64,000 nt of DNA, taken from the NCBI GenBank assembly GCA_002778455.1, contig PFCD01000002.1:19203-83202 (forward strand), in the 5' to 3' direction. The position numbers and the translations under genes are program-made. The notes under the pieces were generated by a model that saw only the letters and a program-made list of their open reading frames with translations, did no database searches and had not been told where the DNA came from. Of this stretch, positions 28,235 through 38,151 are shown one piece after another (position 1 is the stretch's first letter; each line of letters begins with the position of its first letter). The DNA comes from Candidatus Micrarchaeota archaeon CG10_big_fil_rev_8_21_14_0_10_45_29 (GTDB taxonomy: Archaea > Micrarchaeota > Micrarchaeia > Anstonellales > Anstonellaceae).

Positions 28235-30295
28235 TTAAGCAAACCCTTCCACAATCTTCACATATCCTGGCTTTACCTTGTACAAATCTCCTTTGTAAAT
28301 AAGCTCGTCAATTATCCTGCGCGCTTCCGACTCGTCGATATGCGCTTTTTTCGCCTCCTCCAGCACCTTGTTTATTTCCACCATGTCAAACTGCTCGTTC
28401 AATTCCTTCACAAAGCCGAATATGGTGTTTATCTTGTTTACTCTTGACTTGGGGTTTCCTGTGGCAATGATGTCAATGTCAAAGTTTCCTGTCTCCTTGT
28501 CCTTTAGTATCTGGTCATGCATAAAATCAAGAAGCTCGGTTGCCCTCTGGGCATCATCTGCATCCGCAACATCCGACGCCCTCACCTTTGCGGACGCCTC
28601 GGTCAATCTCACAATCCCCTCTATCTGCCTAGGGGTAATAGGCACAGAGCCTTGCTGCGCCCCTCTAACGCGCAAGTCCACATAATAATCTTTTATTTTT
28701 TTGGCAGCTTCGGGGGATAATTGCGGGTTCATGTTTCGCCTCATGTATGCAATATATTTTCTCAAAAGCTCGCGCGATATCCCCTCTTTCTCAACTTCTG
28801 CCAATTTCTCATATTCAATGTGCGCAGTCAATATTTTATCCGCCATTTCCGAATCCTTCACCCTGTCCAGCACGTCATAAATTACAAAAATCAAGTCAAA
28901 GCGCGAAAGAAGGGTGGGCGGAATGTCAAACTGCTCTGCAGGAAGCCTGTTTTTATCAAACCTTCCGAATTTGGGGTTGGCAGCTGCCAATATGGAGCAT
29001 TTTGTTTTAAATGTGGCAACAATTCCCGCCTTTGCAACAGAGACTGTCTGAGATTCCATTGCCTCATGCATAGAGCTTCTGTCCTCCTCCCGCATTTTAT
29101 CAAACTCATCAATGCATGCAAGCCCGCCGGAGGCAAGCACTAAAGCGCCTGCCTTTAAAGTCCAGCCCCCGTCTCCCAATTCATCTTTTTCCGCAGCAGC
29201 TGTAAGCCCCGCCCCTGTGGCGGATTTTCCTGAAACCATTATTCCCTTAGGCACCAAATCTTTTGCATATTGCAGCATCCTGCTTTTTGCGCTTCCAGGG
29301 TCTCCTATTAAAAGTATGTGGATATCCTCGCGTATGGGCATGTTGCCTGGCATTTTCTTGCCCTTTGCCCCCCCAAACATTTGCATCACAACTGCCTTTT
29401 TTACCTCGTCATGCCCGTAAATGCCCGGCGCCACCGCCTTTTGGATATGCTCATATATTTTCGGGTCTTTTGAGAGGGCCTTTATTTGCTTCTCTTCCTC
29501 CTCGCTAATTTCTATTTCCTCAAAATCCCGCCTTAAGCTGTTAATATAATTTACCTCAAAATAGCGCGAATACATGCTTCCTGCAATCGTCTCTCCCTTG
29601 TATTTTGATTTTGTAGGCGGGCGCAGGCGCAGGCACCCTGTAACCTCTATTGATTCACCCGGCACAAGCAAATTAACCAAATCATCCTCAACCATCAGCT
29701 CAAGCTTTGCAGCAGGCGCATTTCCCCGTATTCTCTCAAGCAATTCCTGAAATTCTGCCCTCTGTATATCCACAAAATAAGAGCCTTCCTCATCAAGCTT
29801 CAAAGAGCGCCTCTTGCATTCGGGGCAAACCTCCGGCGCAATCATTTTGCGCGTAATGGGAACGCGCATTACATGCTCGCACATAAGGCATTTGTAAATC
29901 GCAATCCTTACCTTATGCATAACTTCCGCGCGCTTTATCACAACTCCCTTTACCGTGATAAGCTTGTCAATATGGGATGAGGAAACATCCTGTATAAGAA
30001 GGTTTGAATCCGGTATGCCGAAAATTCTCACATGCGGCTCAAAAACAATATCCATTACGCCCGCCGTGGGCTTTTTTATAACTTTTTCAAAAGCAGGCAA
30101 AGCAATATCCGGGCGTTCAATTAGAAAATCCGCCAATTCGCCGTTAAATTTTGAAATATCTGCAAAATCCACCTGCAAGCTTCTTTTTGTAGGGTAATTT
30201 GCCTCAAGCTTCGCTAACGCATCAGCACAATACCCTTGCGCAAACTCCTCCCACAAAGAAATCAGGTGGGAGTCATCAAAAAGGTTGTCCGGCAT
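28235..30295 (-). CDS. mcm: Replicative helicase MCM
   Basis: Zn finger CLMCEH...CPECKRR, Walker A GDPGSAKS, Walker B CIDEFDKM and Arg finger SRFDLIF. 686 aa with no intein. Confidence 0.97.
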   Translation of the reverse strand: MPDNLFDDSHLISLWEEFAQGYCADALAKLEANYPTKRSLQVDFADISKFNGELADFLIERPDIALPAFEKVIKKPTAGVMDIVFEPHVRIFGIPDSNLLIQDVSSSHIDKLITVKGVVIKRAEVMHKVRIAIYKCLMCEHVMRVPITRKMIAPEVCPECKRRSLKLDEEGSYFVDIQRAEFQELLERIRGNAPAAKLELMVEDDLVNLLVPGESIEVTGCLRLRPPTKSKYKGETIAGSMYSRYFEVNYINSLRRDFEEIEISEEEEKQIKALSKDPKIYEHIQKAVAPGIYGHDEVKKAVVMQMFGGAKGKKMPGNMPIREDIHILLIGDPGSAKSRMLQYAKDLVPKGIMVSGKSATGAGLTAAAEKDELGDGGWTLKAGALVLASGGLACIDEFDKMREEDRSSMHEAMESQTVSVAKAGIVATFKTKCSILAAANPKFGRFDKNRLPAEQFDIPPTLLSRFDLIFVIYDVLDRVKDSEMADKILTAHIEYEKLAEVEKEGISRELLRKYIAYMRRNMNPQLSPEAAKKIKDYYVDLRVRGAQQGSVPITPRQIEGIVRLTEASAKVRASDVADADDAQRATELLDFMHDQILKDKETGNFDIDIIATGNPKSRVNKINTIFGFVKELNEQFDMVEINKVLEEAKKAHIDESEARRIIDELIYKGDLYKVKPGYVKIVEGFA

Positions 30296-30499
30296 TCTAC
30301 CTCCCGCACTTTATATGCGAGCAGGAGTTTAAATACAAATAAGCTTGAGGAAGGGTTAATAATAGCAGCTTAAGCAAACCTTTTTCAACGCCTGAAAGTG
30401 CCAGCAACCTTTATATTAGCAATAAAAATTTAAAAAAAGGAAAAAAAGAAAATTTAAGAAAGCTAAAATGGCAGAATAAAAACCTGCCAGCTAATTTTT

Positions 30500-31783
30500 C
30501 TAAACCTCTACCTTATCCCCCGCCACAGGCGCGGACGCGTCAAAGCCCTCTAATTTAAGCTCTTCTGCAAACCCTTCGCAATTATCCCCATGCACGCAAA
30601 CGACTTTTTTGGGATTAGCGCGCTTCACATAATCAAAAAGCTCGCTTCTGCCTGCATGCGCCGAGAAGTCAAGGTATTTTACAGGCACGGACGGCACTAT
30701 TCTCTCCCCGTCTTTTTCAACATACCCGAAATTTAGCAAATTATGCCCGTTTGTGCCCTCAACGCAATAGCCTGTAAAAATAATTTCAGACTGCTCATTT
30801 AATGAGAGCAAATACTGCATCGCGGGCCCGCCCTGAAGCATTCCCGCGGTGGAAATTATTACCGAAGGCGTAGAGAGCACCTTTTTGCGCTCCCTCATAT
30901 CCTTTACTGTTTTGCAGCCTGCAAAATATTGCCTGAATTTTCTCACATCCCTCACATACGCCGGATAGCCGGAAACAATTTTGGATGCCTCAACGCCCAT
31001 CCCGTCAACCCATACCGGTATTTCCGGGGCATGCCTTTGCATTATAGAGAGAAGCTCCTGCGTCCTTCCGACAGCAAATGCAGGAAGAAGCAAATTTCCC
31101 CCATCCACTACAATTTCGCGCGCCCGCTGCACAAGCTGGGATTCCAAATCAAGGCGGTTTGGGTGGTCCCGCGAGGCGTAAGTGCTCTCAATTATAAGCA
31201 AATCAACGTCTTTTTCAACCTGCGCCGCATTGTGCATCTGAGTGTCTGAGAGCTTGAAATCTCCCGAATACAAAAGCCTTTTTCCTCCTTCTTCCACAAG
31301 CACGCCGGAGGAGCCGGGCACATGCCCCGCATCCATCAGCTTGATGGAAGTATCTCCCAGGCTTATGATTTCATTATAAGAGCGCAGGGAAAATGCTTTC
31401 ATCGCCTTTGCGTGAGAGCTTCTTTTATACGGCAATACTCCCGTATCCTCTAAAATGATTTTTGCAGAGTCAAGAAGCAGCAATTCCGCAATATCGCGGG
31501 TGGGCGGAGTGGCATATACTGCCGGGTTGTAATGGTCAAACACCGAAGGCAAAAATCCCACATGGTCCAAATGCGCATGCGAGAGCACCACCGCATCCAC
31601 TCCCAGCGGGGGCGGAAGCGGATATTGGTGCGGCGCCTCCTTATTATGTATTTTCAACCCGCAGTCAAGCATGATTTTTTTGTCGGTATTTACAATAAAG
31701 CATGAGCGGCCGACCTCGCGGCTCGCTCCGAGCATGTCTATATACACTAAATTACCTCTTTTGCCGGCACAGGCTTGCTCCAA
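30500..31783 (-). CDS. Beta-CASP metallo-beta-lactamase RNase (aCPSF2-like, no KH domains)
   Basis: HAHLDHVG motif and beta-CASP layout. 427 aa. Confidence 0.85.
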   Translation of the reverse strand: MEQACAGKRGNLVYIDMLGASREVGRSCFIVNTDKKIMLDCGLKIHNKEAPHQYPLPPPLGVDAVVLSHAHLDHVGFLPSVFDHYNPAVYATPPTRDIAELLLLDSAKIILEDTGVLPYKRSSHAKAMKAFSLRSYNEIISLGDTSIKLMDAGHVPGSSGVLVEEGGKRLLYSGDFKLSDTQMHNAAQVEKDVDLLIIESTYASRDHPNRLDLESQLVQRAREIVVDGGNLLLPAFAVGRTQELLSIMQRHAPEIPVWVDGMGVEASKIVSGYPAYVRDVRKFRQYFAGCKTVKDMRERKKVLSTPSVIISTAGMLQGGPAMQYLLSLNEQSEIIFTGYCVEGTNGHNLLNFGYVEKDGERIVPSVPVKYLDFSAHAGRSELFDYVKRANPKKVVCVHGDNCEGFAEELKLEGFDASAPVAGDKVEV

Positions 31784-31928
31784 AGAGTTGCCTTTTAGCC
31801 GGAAATTTTAACTAACCCTATCAGGTTTGCACGCTTTATAAGCATTCACTCACCTAAACCGCGGGAAGGGGAGACCCCCACTCCCACGAAAGAGTGCAAA
31901 AAGCTTTATCTTCTAGGGATTGTGGAGA

Positions 31929-31958
31929 CTATGTGATTTTTAAAACTTTTTCACATAG
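31929..31958 (+). promoter_or_regulatory. Palindromic operator-like element bracketing a TATA-like box
   Basis: CTATGTGA (31929-31936) and TCACATAG (31951-31958) flank TTTTTAAAACTTTT, centred about 26 nt upstream of the ATG at 31967. Confidence 0.45.
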
Positions 31959-31966
31959 CCTCTAAT

Positions 31967-32884
31967 ATGGGAAATGAAATTACCTACCTTGATTTGGCTG
32001 TTTTGAAAAAACTTGACTCTGAATCAACTGTAGAAAAATTCGGAATGAAAATAAACACCTCTTTCTTCGATGCCGCCAATCTGCTCGGTTCCATGAAAAT
32101 AAAAGGGCTTATTGACATGCAATCCTCGATAGGGGGGCAGTCGCCCATAACAATTGCCAGCGAGGGAAAAGAGCTTCTCTCAACTGCCATACAGCGCGCG
32201 GCAGAGCCTATAAACAGTCTTGACCAGGCAATATTGAGCACCCTTGTAACCGGCGTGCGCGAGCTTGGCTCATTGCAAAATTCAATTAATATAAGAAGCA
32301 AGGATTTGGCGTTTCACCTCTACAAATTAAAGGCATATGATTATGTTGATGACTCTATCCAATCCGCAAAAGTGAGCTTCTCGCTCACAGAAAAAGGATT
32401 TCTTCTCACAAGAAGCTACCGCTCAAGCGCAAGCGCAGCTGAAATGGCTCCAAAAAAAGAGGAGGAAAAAGCGCCGGAGCCCCAGGAGAAAAAGCACGGA
32501 ATAGAGGATGAAATAAAAGATTTATTCAATCTTTCCTCTTTCCGCCGCCCTGCGGCAAAAAAGGTTCCTGTTTCAAGCATAAGCGAGGTTCAAAAAGAAA
32601 AGCAAGGCGCCCCGTTTGTGCAAGGCATTCCATCCTCTTCAGGGGAAACTAAAGCTGTGCAGGCAAGCGCTCTGGCAGCAGAGGGCGGAGGGATAAAAGT
32701 GCCGCAAAAGGCAGAGCCTCCTCCGTGGATGAGAAAGCCTGTTGCAAAAAAGCTTGACCAAAGCAAGATGCTTGCCTCAAAAACGGAATTTTATCTGCAA
32801 AGGTATGGGGTGTTTCTCCTGCTTCTTGCAATCTTTTTCGCAATAGTGGTAATTGCAATAATTTTTGCGGTTGCGCTCTCATAA
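31967..32884 (+). CDS. Membrane-anchored protein with two N-terminal wHTH-like repeats
   Basis: Repeated LD.A(V/I)L..L... modules, a low-complexity K/E/P/A linker and a C-terminal TM segment (VFLLLLAIFFAIVVIAIIFAVAL). Confidence 0.5.
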   Translation: MGNEITYLDLAVLKKLDSESTVEKFGMKINTSFFDAANLLGSMKIKGLIDMQSSIGGQSPITIASEGKELLSTAIQRAAEPINSLDQAILSTLVTGVRELGSLQNSINIRSKDLAFHLYKLKAYDYVDDSIQSAKVSFSLTEKGFLLTRSYRSSASAAEMAPKKEEEKAPEPQEKKHGIEDEIKDLFNLSSFRRPAAKKVPVSSISEVQKEKQGAPFVQGIPSSSGETKAVQASALAAEGGGIKVPQKAEPPPWMRKPVAKKLDQSKMLASKTEFYLQRYGVFLLLLAIFFAIVVIAIIFAVALS

Positions 32885-32950
32885 GCAAAAACGCGCGGGC
32901 ATATTCCCCCGCCGCTTTTGCAACCTCACAGTAATACAAGGTTTTTCACC

Positions 32951-33586
32951 ATGGCGTCCAAGACAGGTCAAAACTCTACAATGGACTTTACGCTCCTCTC
33001 CAAGTACAATATACCATGCCTCCCGTTTGCATTTGCAAAAAACGCGCAGGATGCCTGCATGCATGCAAAAAAAATCGGCTTTCCTGTAGCGCTAAAGCTA
33101 ATTTCCTCAAAAGTTTTGCACAAATCCGAGCATCATGCGCTCTCCCTTAATTTAAAGGACGAATATTCGGTAAAAAAAGAATATGCGCGCCTGCAAAAGC
33201 TCACGCCGCCGCACGACCCCATATTAGTGCAAAAATTCTCCCCTTCCACAATAGAATTAATTGCAGGCGGAAAAATGGATTCTCAATTCGGCCCCACAAT
33301 AATGGTGGGGCTTGGGGGAATTTATACTGAAATATTAAAAGACGTCTCAATTCGCATTTGCCCTGCACAAGAGAGGGACATTCGCTCAATGATAGCCCAG
33401 CTAAAATCTTTTCCTGTGCTAAAGGGCGCGCGCGGGCAGAGCGGAATAAGCCTTTCCCAGCTTGCAAAAATTCTGCACAGCCTCTCTCTTTTAATGGAAA
33501 AAGAGCAGCCGGCAGAGATTGACATAAACCCGCTTCTTCTTACAAGCGATGGGCTTGTTGCGGCGGATGTGAGGGTGCTATGGTGA
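32951..33586 (+). CDS. acdB: ADP-forming acetyl-CoA synthetase, beta (ATP-grasp) subunit
   Basis: ATP-grasp pattern (GFPVALKLIS..VLHKSE, ELIAGG..D..FGP..MVGLGGIY.E) and ends with INPLLLT.DG..A.D.R. Confidence 0.8.
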   Translation: MASKTGQNSTMDFTLLSKYNIPCLPFAFAKNAQDACMHAKKIGFPVALKLISSKVLHKSEHHALSLNLKDEYSVKKEYARLQKLTPPHDPILVQKFSPSTIELIAGGKMDSQFGPTIMVGLGGIYTEILKDVSIRICPAQERDIRSMIAQLKSFPVLKGARGQSGISLSQLAKILHSLSLLMEKEQPAEIDINPLLLTSDGLVAADVRVLW

Positions 33587-35097
33587 AAAGAAAAAAAACC
33601 AAAAGCCGCCCTACCCAAAAACCCAAAAAAAATAGCGGGTTTCCAAATCCCAAGCCGGTTTTTTTTGCAAAGAAACCTCTTTCCCCAATTCACGCGGAAG
33701 GGGAAATAAAGCTTAGAAAACAGGTGCAAAACCTCTCCTATGTTTTCAACCCCTCATCAATCGCGATAGTGGGCGCCTCGCGCAACCCCTCAAAAATAGG
33801 CAACGCAATTTTGCGCAATTTAATTCACGGCGGTTACTCAGGGCAAATTTATCCTATCAACCCGAATGCGGATATTGTGGAAAATTTGCGCGCATACCCC
33901 TCCCTCTCACAAGTGGGAAAAAAAATAGACTGCGCAATAATATGCATTCATGCAAAAGACGTGCCGCACGCATTGCAGCAGGCGGCAGGCGCAAAAATTC
34001 CTTCAGCAGTAATAATTTCCGGCGGATTTGCGGAAATCGGAAATGTGCACGGCGAGATGCAAATAAAGCAAATAGCCAACAAGCATGATATGGCGGTAAT
34101 AGGCCCTAATTGCATGGGAGTGCTAAACCCGCAAAATAAAGTAGACTCGGTGTTTCTTCCTCTTCATAAAATGGGGCGCCCGGGCGCAGGCTCTATTTCC
34201 TTTATTTCCCAATCCGGCGCAGTAGGCGGCTGCATTGTGGATTTGGCAGGGGCGCAAAGGGTGGGAATGGCAAAATTTATCTCATACGGCAACGGCACAG
34301 TAATAAATGAGACAGACCTTCTCTCCTACTTGATGCATGATGAAAAAACAAAATCCATAATTTCCTATATTGAGGGAGTTAATAACGGGCGGGAATTTAT
34401 GCATGCCGCCTCCTCTCTTACAAGAAAAAAGCCGCTTGTGGTGCTAAAGGCGGGAAAAACTTCAGCAGGCTCGCAAGCCGCCCGCTCGCATACAGCGTCC
34501 CTTTCAGGTTCTGCAGAAGTTTTCTCTGCGGCGATGGAGCAGTGCGGCGCAATACAGGCACAAAATTTGGAAGAGCTTTTTGACCTTGCAAAAATATTTG
34601 AAATTCCGGCATTTTTAGGCTCAAAAATAGCGGTGCTAACAAACGGGGGAGGCAACGGAGTATTGGCGGCGGACGCGATAGAGCGCGAGCACCTGCGCCC
34701 CTCGATTTTTAGCGCAAAAACAATAAAACAGCTTAAAAAAATCCTTCCCCCGACCGCGCACGCGCTAAACCCTCTTGATATCATAGGGGATGCAGATTCT
34801 GCAAGATATGAGGCATGCTTGCAGCTTTTGCTAGAGGATGAGAATGTGGACGCAATAGTTGCAATAGCATTAATGCAAACAGCATCCCTTGATTCCTCAA
34901 TAGTAAATGTGATAGCGCGCGCCGCGCACTCTGGCAAAAAGCCCATAATAGTTGTAAGCACAGGGGGGGAATACACCCAGCTTCACAAAAAAATACTTGA
35001 TGACTACGGAGTGCCGACATTTGATTCTCCTTCAAGCGCCATAAGCGCGCTTGCAAAGGCGCTAAAATACAACATATACAAGCACACAAAACCCTAA
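33580..35097 (+). CDS. acdA: ADP-forming acetyl-CoA synthetase, alpha (CoA-binding/ligase) subunit
   Basis: IAIVGASRNPSKIGN CoA-binding motif and phosphohistidine loop ARSHTASLSGS. The start overlaps the acdB stop (ATGGTGA). Confidence 0.88.
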   Translation: MVKRKKTKSRPTQKPKKNSGFPNPKPVFFAKKPLSPIHAEGEIKLRKQVQNLSYVFNPSSIAIVGASRNPSKIGNAILRNLIHGGYSGQIYPINPNADIVENLRAYPSLSQVGKKIDCAIICIHAKDVPHALQQAAGAKIPSAVIISGGFAEIGNVHGEMQIKQIANKHDMAVIGPNCMGVLNPQNKVDSVFLPLHKMGRPGAGSISFISQSGAVGGCIVDLAGAQRVGMAKFISYGNGTVINETDLLSYLMHDEKTKSIISYIEGVNNGREFMHAASSLTRKKPLVVLKAGKTSAGSQAARSHTASLSGSAEVFSAAMEQCGAIQAQNLEELFDLAKIFEIPAFLGSKIAVLTNGGGNGVLAADAIEREHLRPSIFSAKTIKQLKKILPPTAHALNPLDIIGDADSARYEACLQLLLEDENVDAIVAIALMQTASLDSSIVNVIARAAHSGKKPIIVVSTGGEYTQLHKKILDDYGVPTFDSPSSAISALAKALKYNIYKHTKP

Positions 35098-35152
35098 AGG
35101 TTGATTTTTTAATATTTGTTTGCAATAAGCTATCCTTAAATAGCGTGTTTTT

Positions 35153-36316
35153 ATGCAGCTTCCAAACATTTACGCAGGAGATTACAAAAGATTTATGGCG
35201 TTGCCGATAATTCTGGCACTTCTCTCCCTATCTATAGTATTTTTCATCTCTCCCATAAAAATGGGAATAGATTTTAGGGGCGGAATAGATGTGGAAATGC
35301 TCTCTGACGCACAGCCTGATTTGCAGGCGCTCTCATCCGCGCTTGAAAACGGGGGCTACAGGGTGGATTCAATCTCCTCGGAAGCAAGCCCTTCCGGCTT
35401 TGTGACAAAATTAGGGCTTGCGCGCTCTCAAACTGTAGTGGATGCAGATAAAATAAAGCTTGAATATTTTGAGCTTAAGAAAGAGGCATCCAAACTGGAA
35501 GCCGAGGCAATAGTTTCAAACGACTCTGCCGCAATGGCAAAATATTTGCAAAGCCGTGTAGGGCTTGATGAGACAGCAAACAAAATGCTTTCCCTCGCCT
35601 CTTTTGAGCAAAACGCATCAGAATATGATGCCACTTACCTTTTAACAAAAGGGGTAATGTTGGCATATGCAAATATTACCGAAAAAGAGGATGCCGCGCG
35701 CCAGAAATTATTTGCATCAGCCGCGCCGGCAGATGCGACAATTTCATTTAAGGAAATAACAGCCTCTCTCTCAGATGACTTTATTGACAGGGCGGTGATG
35801 GTAGTAGTCTATTCTGTAATTCTCACCTCTCTTGTTGTGTTTCTAATATTTCGCTCACTTGTCCCCTCATTCGCGGTTCTCTCAGGCGCCGCCGCGGACG
35901 TAATATTTGCGCTTGGCGCAATGGCAATATTCGGCATTCCGCTCACCCTTGCCTCTTTTGCAGCTCTTTTGATGCTAGTGGGCTTCTCGCTTGACACAGA
36001 TATTTTGCTTACCATGCGGGTAATGAAAAGGCGGGAAGGGACAGCGGCTCAGCGCGCATACGAGTCAATGAAAACAGGAATGTCAATGAGCGCATCCACC
36101 ATGGTGGCATTTTTGTGCCTGTTTGCAATAGCATTAATATCTCACATAGGAATTTATTATGAAATTTCCGCAGTAGTAATCGCAGGGCTGATAGGAGACC
36201 TTATCGCAACATGGGCTTTCAACGCGCCTATAATTCTCTCACATATGCAGGATATGGAAAAGAAAGGAAAAATTGCGGTAGAGCGCTCGCTCCTAAGCTT
36301 TATATTCAGAAGTTGA
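35153..36316 (+). CDS. secF: Protein-export membrane protein SecF
   Basis: N-terminal TM, ~190-aa external loop, then five TM with an RND-like pattern (GFSLDTDILL). Confidence 0.85.
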   Translation: MQLPNIYAGDYKRFMALPIILALLSLSIVFFISPIKMGIDFRGGIDVEMLSDAQPDLQALSSALENGGYRVDSISSEASPSGFVTKLGLARSQTVVDADKIKLEYFELKKEASKLEAEAIVSNDSAAMAKYLQSRVGLDETANKMLSLASFEQNASEYDATYLLTKGVMLAYANITEKEDAARQKLFASAAPADATISFKEITASLSDDFIDRAVMVVVYSVILTSLVVFLIFRSLVPSFAVLSGAAADVIFALGAMAIFGIPLTLASFAALLMLVGFSLDTDILLTMRVMKRREGTAAQRAYESMKTGMSMSASTMVAFLCLFAIALISHIGIYYEISAVVIAGLIGDLIATWAFNAPIILSHMQDMEKKGKIAVERSLLSFIFRS

Positions 36317-36322
36317 TGAAAC

Positions 36323-37981
36323 ATGGCAAAAAACATAGTATTTGAAATATTCTCGGAAAAAAAGGTGCTTTTGCTCCTTTTGCTCACGCTTGGCGCCATC
36401 ACATTTCTATTTGCAACAGGCGGCCCATTTAATGGCGGGCTAAAATTCGGGATAGAATTCTCAGGCGGCTTGCGCATTCCCGTATTGTTGGAGCAGGCAG
36501 TCGAGCCCAACATTATGCGGGAAATGGTAAAAAACATAGAGACTCGCGCTGCAACCTTCGGGCTTTCCGAAGTAAAAGTCACCCCTGTAGGAGATACGCA
36601 AATCTATGTGGAAGTCTCAAAAACCAATCCCCAATTAGTTAGTGATATTCGGCGCATTCTCTCACAGCAAGGCGTTTATCAGGGGATAGTTGACGGGAAA
36701 GTTGCTGTAGGCGGAGAGAATATTTATCCTGACACCGTAAGGCAGGAGAGCCCCTCATATTACTCCGGAAGCGACTGGGTGGTAGCATTTTCGCTTCGTA
36801 CAGAAGGGCAGGAGCATTTTATAAAAACCGTTAGAGGGAAAGGAAATTATCCTCTTTACATGTATCTTGACAGGCCAAATGACGCCATAATCGTAATATC
36901 GCGCGAAGATTTGCTAAAGCACCAAATAAGCGAGAGCGGCTATGACTTTAACTTAAGCGAATCCGAGGCAATAAAAATAGCGATAAATGCGCTCAACCTT
37001 GAGAATACCCAGCTTCCAATTTATTTGCAGGAAGAGCTTCCATACCAACTGGAAGAGGAAGGGCTAACTCCGGCAACAAATTCAACAAAGGCAATAATTT
37101 CAGAGGATGCGCCTCAGGAATTAAAAGACAAATTAACTTCGCTCGGCTTTGCATTAAGCGAGAAAACCTCCCTTGCAATGCAGCCAATATACGGAAGCGC
37201 GGGCGCAGGGCTTGGCACCATAATTAACAGGTGGGACGCAGTAGGGCTAAAGTCGGCGCCCACACTAAACCCTGCTCTTACGGAAGGCGCGCCTTCAGTC
37301 TCATATGTGATAACAGGAAGCTCGCGCGGAAAAGGGCAGGAGAGGGCGATAAACGCGGATATTGAGGCGCGCGAAATAATGTCTGTGCTAAAGGGAGGGG
37401 CCTTGCCTGTGCAAATTTCCCTTGGCTCTGTGCAGGAAGTGCCTGCAAAATTCGGGCAGGAAGTATTGCGCCTCTCACTTTTAGGGCTTGTATTTGCAAT
37501 TTTGGTAATCTCTATTTTTGTGGCATTTTTATACCGCACTCCGGCGGTTGTATTGCCAATTGTGCTCACTTCTGTGAGCGAAATAATTTTGCTTACCACC
37601 ATTATCGGGTATTTCACAATAGATCTGGCCGCAATGGCGGGAATAATCGCCGCGGTAGGAGTTTCCGTTGACGCGCAAATAATAATTACAGACGAAATTA
37701 TCAAAAGGCGCGAAGGGGAAGACGCGCAACACCTTCTGGATAATGCGTTTCACATCATAATGACAAACGCCACCGTCGCAATAGTTGCAATGGCGCCCCT
37801 TCTTCTTTTCTCAGGGCTTGTGCAAATTATCGGCTTTGCCACAGTTACTGTAATAGGCTACATATTGGGAGTTGCCATCTCGCGCCCCGCATACGCGGTT
37901 GTTGCAAAAAAGCTTTTTGGAATAAAGAAAATCTCGCATGAGCCGCCCCAGCAGCCGGAACCTGCCGCATTTGGCGCATAA
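36323..37981 (+). CDS. secD: Protein-export membrane protein SecD
   Basis: N-terminal TM, ~360-aa external domain and C-terminal six-TM bundle (GVSVDAQIIITDE). Starts 6 nt after secF. Confidence 0.85.
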   Translation: MAKNIVFEIFSEKKVLLLLLLTLGAITFLFATGGPFNGGLKFGIEFSGGLRIPVLLEQAVEPNIMREMVKNIETRAATFGLSEVKVTPVGDTQIYVEVSKTNPQLVSDIRRILSQQGVYQGIVDGKVAVGGENIYPDTVRQESPSYYSGSDWVVAFSLRTEGQEHFIKTVRGKGNYPLYMYLDRPNDAIIVISREDLLKHQISESGYDFNLSESEAIKIAINALNLENTQLPIYLQEELPYQLEEEGLTPATNSTKAIISEDAPQELKDKLTSLGFALSEKTSLAMQPIYGSAGAGLGTIINRWDAVGLKSAPTLNPALTEGAPSVSYVITGSSRGKGQERAINADIEAREIMSVLKGGALPVQISLGSVQEVPAKFGQEVLRLSLLGLVFAILVISIFVAFLYRTPAVVLPIVLTSVSEIILLTTIIGYFTIDLAAMAGIIAAVGVSVDAQIIITDEIIKRREGEDAQHLLDNAFHIIMTNATVAIVAMAPLLLFSGLVQIIGFATVTVIGYILGVAISRPAYAVVAKKLFGIKKISHEPPQQPEPAAFGA

Positions 37982-37997
37982 ACAATATTTTCCCGAA

Positions 37998-38035
37998 AAA
38001 AGAGGCTCTATTAAAATTTTAAATCGCCCTCTTTT
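37998..38035 (+). terminator. Hairpin downstream of secD
   Basis: AAAAGAGG (37998-38005) pairs with CCTCTTTT (38028-38035). Confidence 0.3.
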
Positions 38036-38151
38036 CCAAAAAGCCTACGAAAAAAAGCGGGCCATATAATTTTTTTGGGGTTTGGCAGGCGCAAAAGAAT
38101 TAATCTGCCTCAAAGCAAATGCTTCTTAAACTTTAATTCCCTCTATATGCT

